In this document: positions 38,201 to 50,200 of the stretch, piece after piece | Position numbering within the stretch: the stretch's first letter is position 1 | How the letters are laid out: the number at the start of each line of letters is the position of its first letter | Source: Takakia lepidozioides | Taxonomy: Eukaryota; Plantae; Bryophyta | DNA: 64,000 nt | Reading direction: 5' to 3' | Assembly (NCBI GenBank): GCA_030704615.1 | Contig: CM060734.1 | Span: 37,448,001-37,512,000 of the forward strand | Made by a program: the position numbers and the translations under genes | The notes under the pieces: generated by a model | Told to the model about the DNA's origin: nothing | What the model saw: the letters and a program-made list of their open reading frames with translations, nothing else | The model's database searches: none

Positions 38201-41200
38201 ACGTCCGCGGAAAGCTCGTAGACTTATGGGACAAAATGGAAGAAAACATGAGAGAGGAACAAATCCATAAACCACAATTAATGTTCTAGCGATTGTCTAA
38301 GGGTGAAGGCCTCGTGTAGGTAGGCTGCCAAGCATTTTTGATCCTCATAGTGAAAGACATCAGTGAGAGTTTGGGTTCCACTGAATAAACAGTGGAATCT
38401 CCCACGGATCTCGTAAGAAGAAGTGTTCTTCAGTTTCAATTTCCTTGCTGCGCCCTATGCAAGCTGGACATAGGCGGTCCTCCCGTTGCAGGTTTTCCCA
38501 TCTGCCAGTCTCTATCCGTAGGTTGTGGGAACCCACCCTGAACGTAATAGGAAGCAGTAGAAAGTCCGTTACGTTGAAATAAACTGTCCACTCGAGCATA
38601 CCAGGAGTTCCTGAAACCTGCAGCTTTGAGCCTCATAGATGTTGTGAGGGCCCTTGCCACTAGCCCTTTGGGTGGAAGGGCCTGCAATCTATGGAGAAAG
38701 ATTGTAAGCCTGAAGAGGGCCTCGGATTGCAATGGTACACATGCGAACTCTGTAGAAAAACGAAGTGACTCCCGATTTCTTGCGGGATTGCGTGCGTTGT
38801 TGCTTGTCTCTAGAAGCATGGGATTCCCTCTCGCGTGACCGTTACACATAGTCGTTCCCTTATTAGTGCACATGCCAACAATTAGTGTACAGCTGTTCGT
38901 ATTTAGTTATTGATGTCTGACGTGTGTCGCCCAAAATAAACGGCGTGCACCTAGGATCGGAGATGGAGTTGTGCTCCTGGCGCCAAGCATTGCTTGGAGA
39001 AAAGATGTCTGTAATGGTTCCAAATTCTTTTCCCACCAGGAGACAGGGACACCATGTGCCCAGAACTCACAACCATAGATGGTAGCAGGCTGACGACAGT
39101 GTCAAACAGCCACTTTTTGGTCAGGGGATGCCGCAGATGTATTTGCTTACATTTGCTTACATTTGGCCTGAAGGCGGATGGAGGCCGCCTTACCTTTAGT
39201 CAATCTGTCCAAGGCTGTGGCTGCAAAGTGAAACTTGGGGGAGTGGATAACCAGACCTAGGTACCGGTATGATTTCACAATCTCAATTTCCTGCTGGTTG
39301 AAGATGAATCTACGATCGGCCTGGCCATTGAAGACCATGATCTTGGTCTTGCTAAGATTGACTTGCATCCCATAGTCTTTGCAGAACTGTTCCAAAATGT
39401 TGAGATGGGGTTGCAGAAAGACCGGGGATTGTGCCAAAAGGGCAACATCATCAGCGTAGAGGAGATCTGATTGGGTTGGTCCCCCATCCAATGGGACCCC
39501 AACCCCATGGTTTTGATATGTAATTCTCCAAGGCGTCAATGTAGATCCCGAACAGGGTAGGTGAAAGGGGGCAGCCCTGTTTGACTCCAATGTTGCTGTG
39601 GATCTCGGCTGAGAAAGAAATGAAATGAAATGAAATGAAATGGTGCTTTATAACGTCCGCGGAAAGCTCGTAGAAAGAAAGAAAGACATTTATTACAGCC
39701 ATGACAGGTCTAGAGGGCCTACAGGACAAAACAGAATCATGAGGGAAAACCAAAATAGAGTATCAAACCTCAAGCATTGGAAGAACAAGAAGAAATCACT
39801 TCATACATCCCCAGAAAGGGCCAGATGCAAACTCTGAAACGATAAAGGAGCAAAGAAGTCTCATGTAAGAAGGAGAAAAGTATGACATCCACAGGAGGCC
39901 CAAAGGGCGAAGGCCCAAAAAAGTTCCAAAACAGGTTCTTTAAAGCAGATAAACAAGACCTAAATCCCCCTGAAGTAAGGATGTTTATGCCAAAGGCTGC
40001 CAAAAGAAAGAGACCCTTCCACCAATTCCCCCACTTTTAAGATAAATAAAAAAGGACAGCAAAAAGAAAGTCAGGTGTAATTCAGGGGCCTTGCCTCTAT
40101 GTCTAAAATTGAACTTACAAAACGAACAAACACAAAGTAAAGCTCAACTGGAGTGTAGCCCTGGAAAAGAAAAGAAAAGAAAAGAAATGGCACTATATAA
40201 TGTCTGTGGGAAGCTCAAAGAGCTTATGGGACAAGAGGAATTGAAATGAAATGGTACTTTATAACGTTGCAGAAAGCTCAAGACAAGACAAGAGGAAGAA
40301 AAAAACAAGAAAGAGAAATGAAATGGTACTTTATAACGTCTGCGGAAAGTTCAAAGATAGAGGGGCGACAAGCAGCCAAAAGAAACTATTTGCTCAAGGG
40401 GTTGTCTTAGACAAGAGGAAGTAAGAAATAACCAAGATAAATGAAATGAAATGAATTGGTACTTAATAACGTCCGCGGAAAGCTCAAACAGCTTATGGGA
40501 CAAAATGGAAAAAAAAAGAGAGAGGAAACAAAACCAGAGCCAAAAAACGGCCCAAAAGCAACTACTGCTAAAGGGATTGTCTAAGGGTCAAGGCCTCATG
40601 CAGGTAAGCTGCCAAGCATTTCTATCCTCATAGTGGAAGACTTCAGTGAGAGATGGAGTTCCATGGAATAGACAGTGGAATCTCCCACAGATCTCATAAT
40701 ATAAGAAGAAGTGTTCTTCAGTTTCAATTTCTTGGTTGCGCCTGCAAGCTGGGCATAGGCGGTCCTCCCGTTGCAGGTTTTCCCATCTACCAGTCTCTAT
40801 CCGTAGATTGTGGGAGCCCACCCTGAACTGCCCCAATGCCCTCAGGAGGGAAGGAGATAAGGGCGCCGAAAGGTAATTGGGCTATCATCACGGAGAACCA
40901 AGCATCTCTCTCGATAGAAATGGAGTTTTGTTGTGAGATTGGTGTAGCTTCCCAAGTTCTCCTTGTTGGAAACTAGACCTGTCCTCTACCTCCTAGAGAT
41001 ATTGACAGATAGCTTCTAGCACAAGCAGCAGTACAAAAACTGACAGCCTAAACCAGCCAAAGAGTTAGTACTAACAAGAAGTGTCAGTCCTAACAAGAAT
41101 GCTAAGAATGCTCCTTACTGCAAAAGAAAAGAACTTACAAAAGTAGATGCTGGACTTCTCCTCCTCCTCTCTCTGCAATCTACTAGGATAGCACATCCAA

Positions 41201-44200
41201 AATGCTAGAAGAAGTGCTGGGCATTGCCTCAGCCTTTCCCTTAAATCCTACATGAGTTCTCTAGTAACTTCTGGTGGCTGGAACCTTCTGGTAGAACTAT
41301 CCCTAGCCGTCAAAAAACCCTAACAGAACCCTAGCTAACTAAATCTGAGCTGACTCCTAACACTCCCACTCAGCGAAGATTGAGGCTTAACCCAATCAGT
41401 TCCATGCATCTAGAATGCTTTGCTTTGGATAGAGCCTTTGTGAGTGCATCAGCTGCCATGTCCTCAGTCCTACAGAAAACCAACTCAATCTCCAAACCAA
41501 TCATTTCTCTAATGAAATGATGTTTGATATCTATGTGCTTGGTCCGGGCATGATGAACAGGATTCTTGCTCAGCTCAATGCTGCTCCTGTTACCAGCATG
41601 CACTTTCGTTGGCTGTTCTTGACTGAAGCCAAGTTCACCAAGAAGCCTTCGAATCCAAATGGCTTCTATAGCTGCATGAGTCAGAGCCATATACTCTGAC
41701 TCAGTCGAGGATAGAGCAGTGTTCTGCTGTCTTTTGCTGCTCCAGCTCACAGCACCTCCACTCCTTACCAAGCAGTAGGCAGATATGGATCTCCTCTCAT
41801 CTGTGTCTCCTGCCCAATCTGCATCACTGTATCCTTCTAGTGATGCTCCAGTGTCCTGCTTGTTGTAAGTTAGACATGTATCCGCAGTCCCTTTCAAATA
41901 TCTAATCACCCTCTTGAGTGCTTTCCAATGCTGAGGTCCTGGGTTGTGCATGAACTTACTAAGCATTCCCACTACATAGGCAATGTCTGGCCAGGTGCCA
42001 ATCATTGCATACATCAGAGATCCCATGGCTAGCTGATATGGAACCTTAGCCATTTCCTCAATCTCACTTGGACATTTTGGCTCCATTTCCTTACTCAGCT
42101 TGCAGCCGGTTTCCAATGGTGTTGGTGCTGGTTTACAGTCCTGCATACCAAACTTCACAACAACATTCCTGACATACCTCTCTTGGCTCAACTTTATAGT
42201 TCTCGCCTTCCTGTCCCTCAGAATCTGAATTCCAAGTAGGTAGTTCACGGCTCCAAGATCAACCATCTCAAAGGTTTCACTCAAATCATGCTTCTGCCTG
42301 CGCATGGTATCCTTGTTGTCGCTGATCAGTAGCAGGTCATCTACATAGAGTGCTATTATCATCACACCTGATGTCATGTAGTAAATGCTCTGATCAGCTG
42401 TACTCCTTACAAAACCTTGGCCTGTCAAGTAGCTATTGATCTTCTCATACCATGTCCTCGATGCCTGTTTGAGTCCATATAACGATTTCTTGAGCCGACA
42501 CACCTTATCACCTTCTTGGAAGCCTTCTGGTTGTTTCATGTAGATCTCCTCCTGGAGATCCCCATTCAAGAATGCAGTCTTCACGTCCATGTGTTCTATG
42601 TCCCAGTCATGCTTTGCTGCCAATGCCAGTAAACATCGGATGGAGGTGAACTTTGCCACCGGGGCAAAAGTTTCATTGTAGTCAAGCCCTGCAGTCTGTG
42701 TGAAGCCTCTGGCCACAAGTCTGGCCTTGTACTTCACTGTCTCATTGTTGGGTCCTCTTTTCACTTTGAAAACCCACTTGCAATCTACCGCCATTCTACC
42801 ACCAGGCAGTGTTACCAGCTCCCAAGTCTGGTTTTTTTCAGAGATTTCATCTCCTCTAGTACAGCTCCCTCCCACTCATTGGCATCATCCCTTGCCAAAG
42901 CGTCATTGAGGGTGGCTGGCTCCTCTGCATCATCAAGGGCATGGAAACAACTTTCCATCTGCCCTATGTCATCCATAGTCAGACCAGTCAGTCCTTCTGC
43001 CACATTAGCTCCAAACCTTTCTGGGGGGTTGCTGATCCTTCCTGACCTTCTAGGCCCCCCATCCTTGTCAATAGGATCCCAATCTTCAGAATCTTCATCC
43101 TCTTCTGGTTTCTTCGCCACCTTCTCCCTTCGAGTGTAAACCTTTAGTACTGGTTGTTCCCTTTCTTTTTCTCCCACATCAGGGATTATCACAGGAACGG
43201 ACAGGTCCTTGGGCTTTGTCTCCTTCCCAAAACTATCCTCATCAAACATGACATCTCTACTCCTGATTAACCTCTTGGTTCTAGGATTGTAGACCTTGTA
43301 CCCCTTGCATCCCAAATCATACCCAATGAAGATACATCTTTCTGACTTGGCATCCAACTTGCTCCTTTGCTCGTCAGTTATCAATGCATAAGCAGCACAA
43401 CCAAAAACTCGTAGATGCTTCAGGTTTGGCTTCTTCCCACTCCACGCCTCCTCTGGAGTCATGTCTTTCAAAGCTCGCGTGGGACTCAAATTTTTCAGAT
43501 AGGTGGCAGTGCTGATCACCTCTCCCCAAAACTCTGGTCCAAGGCCTGAGGTCTGTAGCATACATCTAGCCTTCTCAACCAGTGTTCTGTTTAATCTCTC
43601 TGCCACTTCATTCTGGGCTGGACTGTCCCTTGCTGTTACTTGGCTCTTTATGCCTTTCTCAGCAAGATAGCTTTTGAATTCCTGATTTAGGAATTCCCCC
43701 CCCACCATCGCTCCTTAGAACCTTGACTTTGAGGTCCAGCTGGTTTTCTACTTCATGCACAAAACCTGCAGCACTTGACCTTTCTCTCTCAAGGGATATA
43801 AGAAAGTCTTTCTACTCATGTCATCAGTGAAGGTGACAAAGTACCTAGATCCTCCTAGCGATATGTATCAACTCCTTGGGCATTGATGACTTGTGCTGTT
43901 TCCCTTTAGCACATCCTTCACAGAACTGTAGCTCATTTGACCAGTCCACATTCAGCCCCAGCGCCAACTTTTGAAGATCCTTGATCGCTTGTGTCCCCAA
44001 GTGACCCAACCTTCTATGCCACAATGGTGCAGTGTCCATTGTGTCCCCAACATTGGCCTCCTCCTGAGTTCCAGATGTACTCAAAAGCTTGTAGAGTCTC
44101 TGCTCCTTCACTCCATAGCAGAGTTCCTCGTTGCCCTTCTGGATGCTGCAAGCATTGTTTCTGAAAATGACATCATACCCAAGCTCATCCAAGGTACTAA

Positions 44201-47200
44201 CAGAGATCAAATTCTTTGCCAAGTCTGGCACATATAGGACTTTCTGAAGGGTACAACGGGTAACCTTACTCTCTTTTCTGATAAAGTTGACAGGGATTTC
44301 TCCCATCATCGTACTTACAGAAAACGTCTTGTTGCCCATCTTTACGCTCCTAGGCTGAAAGGGTTTCAAGTTGTGAAACAACTCCTTCCTCCCACACATG
44401 TGGTTAGTAGCTCCATGTCCAAATACCACTCATCTCCACAGTGTTCTCCTTCAGAAGTCAGCAGGTAGTCTTCATCACGACTGTAAGCTGCATCTGCCAT
44501 AAACAGGTGAACTTCACTGTCGTTGCCCATGTCAGCGACATGTGCATGTACAGACTTCCCTTTCCTTGGTCTCCACTTGTCCTTCTTGGGCTTGTCAATC
44601 TTCACCTTGCAGTCTTTCTGGAAATGCCCAAATTTGCCGCATCGGAAACATGCTCCATCTTTCTTGATGGAAGTAGCCGTCAGGGCATTGTCCATACTTG
44701 AGCTACCCCTAGTCAGCTTGCTTTCTTCCATGATGAGTTGTGAAGTGACATACTTCCAACTCAGTCTACTCTTACCATGAGTAGCCAATGCGGTTTCCAC
44801 CATGTCATAACTCTTTGGCAAGGTGCCAAACAAGGTCATGATCTGAAGTGATTCAGTCATGGGTTCTCCCGCATCAATTATCTCCAGACACATGGCTTTA
44901 ACAGTGGCAATGTGAATGGCTACACTCTCACCTTCTCTCATTCTCAAGTCCATGAGCTGTTTCCATAGGACATATGCTTTCCCCATCGCATCTGCCTCAT
45001 ACACCTCACTTAAGGTCTGCCAGACCTCATGAGCAGTTGTAAGATTCCTAACCAAAACTACCAGCTTTGATCTCATGTTTGTGACCAGAGCTGCCATTGC
45101 AAGCTCATTCTTTTGGATCCATCTCTCCTCCTTCAGGTTATCCTCTGAAGGCTTTTTAGCCACTACTGAAGAGAGCAGGAGCTGCATCGTGTAGATCCAA
45201 CTCTTATAGTTGTTGCCATCCAGTGGCTCAACTGTCCAAGTAGTTGTAACGTCTCGTGGGCCCATAACCTGTTGGAAACTAGACCTGTCCTCTACCTCCT
45301 ATAGATATTGACAGATAGCTTCTAGCACAAGCAGCAGTACAAAAACTGACAGCCTAAACCAACCAAAGAGTTAGTACTAACAAGAAGTGTCAGTCCTAAC
45401 AAGAATGCTAAGAATGCTCCTTACTGCAAAAGAAAAGAACTTACAAAAGTAGATGCTGGACTTCTCCTCCTCCTCTCTCTGCAATCTACTAGGATAGCAC
45501 ATCCAAAATGCTAGAAGAAGTGCTGGGCATTGCCTCAGCCTTTCCCTTAAATCCTACATGAGTTCTCTAGTAACTTCTGGTGGCTGGAACCTTCTGGTAG
45601 AACTATCCCTAGCCGTCAAAAAACCCTAACAGAACCCTAGCTAACTAAATCTGAGCTGACTCCTAACACTCCTGACATGTAGTTCCATAAGTTCCCTGCT
45701 AATGAGTCTGTTGCAATCCTGTTTGGATGTGATTTCCACCCCTTCTGGATTTTGTGGCAATAGCGAAGCAACAGAGAGTCCATTGCGCTCAAAAAAACTG
45801 CACACTCCAGCAAGAGGAAGAAAGAAACAAGAAAGAGAGGGGCCACAAGCAGCCAAAAGCAACTATTGCTCAAGGATTGTCTAAGATAAAGCAAAGAAAG
45901 AAAGTCACCTGGAGAATGAAAAGAAAATGTAAGCCTTCCTCAGCATGGAAATAGAGAAACCGTATGTTTGGGAGCGGTCGGAAGGGGGGTTCAGTTTGCA
46001 TCAAATCAGTTGGCTTATGCATGCAAAGGAAGGGCCCCCCTTTACTGTCCACAAAAATGCGCCAATCATCATCTATCTGGGCCTGCAGTTCGTGCTTTTG
46101 ACGCTCCAGATCGGCACGATTTTGGGCTGCTTCCCGCTTCAGACGACGGATGATTTTCTTTGCACACTTAATCTCGATCCCCGCACGCTTCCGCGCTTCT
46201 TGTACTTCTTGCTCTGCCAGTTTCTACAGTCATTTAGATAATAGCACGCAGTTCTCCCAATGTTGATTGATCACACAAGCATACATTGTATCTGGTTAAT
46301 AGCTCAGGTAGTTGCAGATCATGTCGTGTCTTTCTTTACCTCTTATCTTTCTCCTCAATCTAGTTTGAAGTCTGACCTCTACTCCCAGCCTACTCTGATG
46401 TGTGAGTGGTGATCTCAAATGCAAGAAATGCTATCCTCCAGACTTAAACTTAGGTAGGATGACAGACTTAAGATTTCATACTAGTTCACATTGGTAGTTC
46501 CATCATCTCCACATGCGTTTTTTTCTAGCAGACACGTCGACGCATTTCAACTACTGACAACTCATACACTCCAATGCCTGGTTTTGATGGCCATGGAGAG
46601 AACCCTATCAGAAAGAAGTTTATGTTTTGGCACAGGGGTTTCCACCACATCCCTTCAGAGAATGAAATGACAAAAGTTGGCCTTACCCATGCAAGGTACT
46701 TGTGATACATGTGGGCTTACCTCTCGGATGCGCCACGCAATTTCTTCCTCCATTATAATGTCCTCATCCATTCGTGTGTCTAGAATGATTTCAATTTCTT
46801 GGAGTTTGAGATAATCATACTGCCACTCTGCATAAGCTTCCAATATCTTTTCTATCCGCCCAACTATGTCCTCTGTAATCACAGGGTGTTCACAAACTTG
46901 GCGATACACAAACTTGGTGTCTTCCCTGGAGCATTCAATACGTGGCAACACAGGATTGATTATACGTGGTAAGTTTGGAAGCATGAAATCCAGCTCTAGC
47001 CAATCACATTTTGTTCTGGTCTGCACTTTTGAGTTCCTTTGCTTGGCTTGAAAGCGCCGTGCAAACTGAGATACTCTTCTTGTAAGTAGGAGTGGGGAGA
47101 CAGGGAATCCAGTCTCAGTAGTTTCTTCCTCTTTCAGAAGTGTCTCTGGGGGCACATTCGCTCTGCTTTCGACAGTGACAAATGTCTGGAATGTAACTTT

Positions 47201-50200
47201 CTCTTCCAATTTTTCAAAAGGCTCGAGGACTTTGGTGCAGTCCCTGTTGTAGAACTTGGCAAGCGCATATAGGTTGAATGCATCTTCAGCCACCATTTCA
47301 TACCCATGCCCTCCTTCGTGGATGACAAAGAGACGTGGATAGGGACCCAGCATAACAGGCTCTGCAGGTGGTTCTAACGGAGGTGGGGACGCACTGACAG
47401 GCCTGGAGCCAGGGGGTGGGGGATCCCAATCGTCAGGAAGCTTGGGAAATGTAAGCTCAAAACCGTCGAAAGGAGTTTTTGGAGGGGGGGGTGGGGCCTG
47501 CCAAATTGGACAACTGCATTGATGAGGACACTCAAAGAATAACATATGGACCTCTAATGATCCATGTTACACTCAAACATAAATGATTCTCGTTGTCCAT
47601 TGCTGATGCATTAGTGTCAAATAGAAGATAGGCGTGTGTGCTTAGTCCAAGCAAGATATCAGTAGTCCACTTCTAGAAATACATCTTGAGATATAGGACA
47701 CTGGTCCTGATGATCCTATAAAACCAAGGGTGGAGGAGGCGTGGGGAAATATAAATTACCTCTGTTGGAACTTCACCAACCGGGATTAGAGACCCCTTAC
47801 TGTCTCTCTTACTCCCTTTCCTAGGCGCCTCTGCCTTCAATGAGAGACGTGGCGGCTGCTCCCCTTCCTTTGATTTATTACCCTCTTTTGGTTTATCCCC
47901 TCCCTTTGCAGCTGGAGGCTTTTGAGTCTCATTACCAGGAGCTGCATAAGAACATACAAAAGATCAGACATGTGACAGTTGTGTATTGCACCTATTGTGC
48001 ACCTGTTGTATATGTAATAGACAAGTAGGCAATAATGCGACAGAGCTGATACAGTTGCACAAGCAGGCACCCAAAGACTGATGCTGAATCTGACTTTACA
48101 AGCAATGATGAATACTGCTTCAAATGCATCTAGATGGTATCCTTCACCCTGTACTTTGAGACTCCTCTAAATACCGTAACGGTGTGACATATCTTGAGGT
48201 GGTGCAGGTACAAACATGTATTCTAACAGTGAGATGCAGGGTCCATGTTTTCCCAGAAGCCTGAAACATACAACTAGGTCATCACTGCAGTCCATTTTTG
48301 TAAAGGGTACTTTCATGCCTGAACTTGACATTGCCCCTGTGTACAGCCCATTGCAATTTTTAGATTGCAGTGAGATTTCAAGGCGCTCACAGCTATGAAT
48401 AGAAACAGTCATGGAGTCTGCAGATCTATTCTTTTTAAGAAAAGGAGCAGAGTGACTGAAAAGAAAAATTCTTTATCTGTTCAATAATGACAAAAGAGGT
48501 GTTTGGTGGAGCAGATTTTTTTTCAAATTAGTAGTCACCAAGATCAAAGTCTGAAGTTACCTTTATAAATGTAGCATCAGTCTTGCTAGATAGAATGCAT
48601 TCTATACCACCAGCAAAACAGGAGCAAAATTTTGTTATTTGATATCTGTGACATGATAGGTGGTGCAAAGTTTTGTGTTTTGTTACCTGATGGGGCTTTA
48701 GAAGCTGCAGTGACTGATGCATGAGGGACTAGTGATGATGTACGGGAGACATTGGGGTCCAGATAAGGGGACTCGGCTGCCTTTGAATCGACAAGATCCT
48801 CAAGACCTTCCGGGACTTGTGAGGCCCAAGCAGCAAGAGCAATCTCGTACTCAGCAGCCTCTTTTTCTAACTGGGATGTATACTTGCCACCAGAGATAGC
48901 TTCGAAATCAGTTCCCCTTCCATGAACTTTGAAACCAGTACCCATATTGTCAGTGAACAATAGGCTCCCTTCGATCTGCACCGACCAGTGAACACATACA
49001 ATTGCATTGCTTTTTCAAACACATATGCCTGGACATACTATCTATGTCACATTCCCAGTGCGGAAGTAGGTACTCAAATGCTAGAGGAGAACGAGGCCAA
49101 TTGATCTGAACTTACAAAGAAGAGCTGGAACATACACTAGGAATACTTGGATGGTTAAATTAAATACCAAGTCAAAATTGTAGAGACCACTGGTGTTGGT
49201 GAAAGGTCCATGTTTCCTCTCATTGTCATCTGTCTGTAGAGGGTCCTTCTTAGAGCCATCTGAGGGATCAAATATGACAGTATTCCCCATGGCATACAAA
49301 ATGGCACCCCCGGGCATTGTAATGCTGAGCTGGCCACTCTCCTTGGACCATGTTGCACAGTAATGGCCTTCTCCTGTCGCAAACTCAACCGCCACTCCAC
49401 ACCCCAACTGCCGATATAATATCAAGGGTTCACGACAAATACAGGCTATAAACCCCAAAATGGAAAAGGTGAATGAGCAGGGACTTTCTCGACACAGAAA
49501 CTAACCAATATAGTCAAATACTAATAAGAGAGGGGATAAACGTATGTGCCTGCCCACCTTGCCATGCACCTTTGGGTGGCCTTCTTTACGAACATGCCAT
49601 GTAGTAGAAATCTCAATGTTTGGGTCTGGCATCGGTGGCTTGGGTTCAGCGGGACCATCACTCTGTCTGTTTTTTGGCATCCCAGGTTCATCTGGCAGCC
49701 ATATATGCTCAGGTTCCTTTGATGGTGCTGCGCCGTAACCAGCAGGCGGCCAAGTAGCTGAGTGCTTCTTCTGCGGCGTTGCGAAAATACTGGCTGTCAT
49801 CCCAGGGTGATCCAGTGCACCGCTCTCTGGTGTTGTACCCACAACACGCCCCTTCGTTTCAGTCTTGGTCTTGTCGTTAGTCGTTCCCTCAGGAGTCCCC
49901 TTCGTTTCATTGTTTGTCCCCTCAGGTTCCTCTCTGAGTTTCCCATCTTTAAGAGGGGGCATGGGGTAAATCTCTTCAAGCTGATTCATCATAAGCTCCC
50001 CGGATGTGACTACATGATCAGGATGATAAAACTCCTTGGTCTGACTGTAAATGTGTGTCCCATCTGCATGTTGGACTAAGCATGAATTTTCTTCGGTGGA
50101 TGTCATAACTACTACTAAATCCTCCCGTGTCATAATTGCATTTCCAGAATCGGGATCATAGAAATGAGCCACTTTTAAGTTAGGCAACTGCACCAAAACT

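Larger units (their letters stand above)
40964..45668 (-). mobile_element. Ty1/copia LTR retrotransposon (4705 bp), defective, nested in a LINE fragment within a SPAG17 intron
   Basis: 399-bp LTRs (TGTTGG...CTAACA) with 2 mismatches seen. TSD CTCCT (40959-40963, 45669-45673). PBS GGTTATGGGCCC and PPT AGTGGGAG. Domain order gag-PR-INT-RT-RH. Confidence 0.97.
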
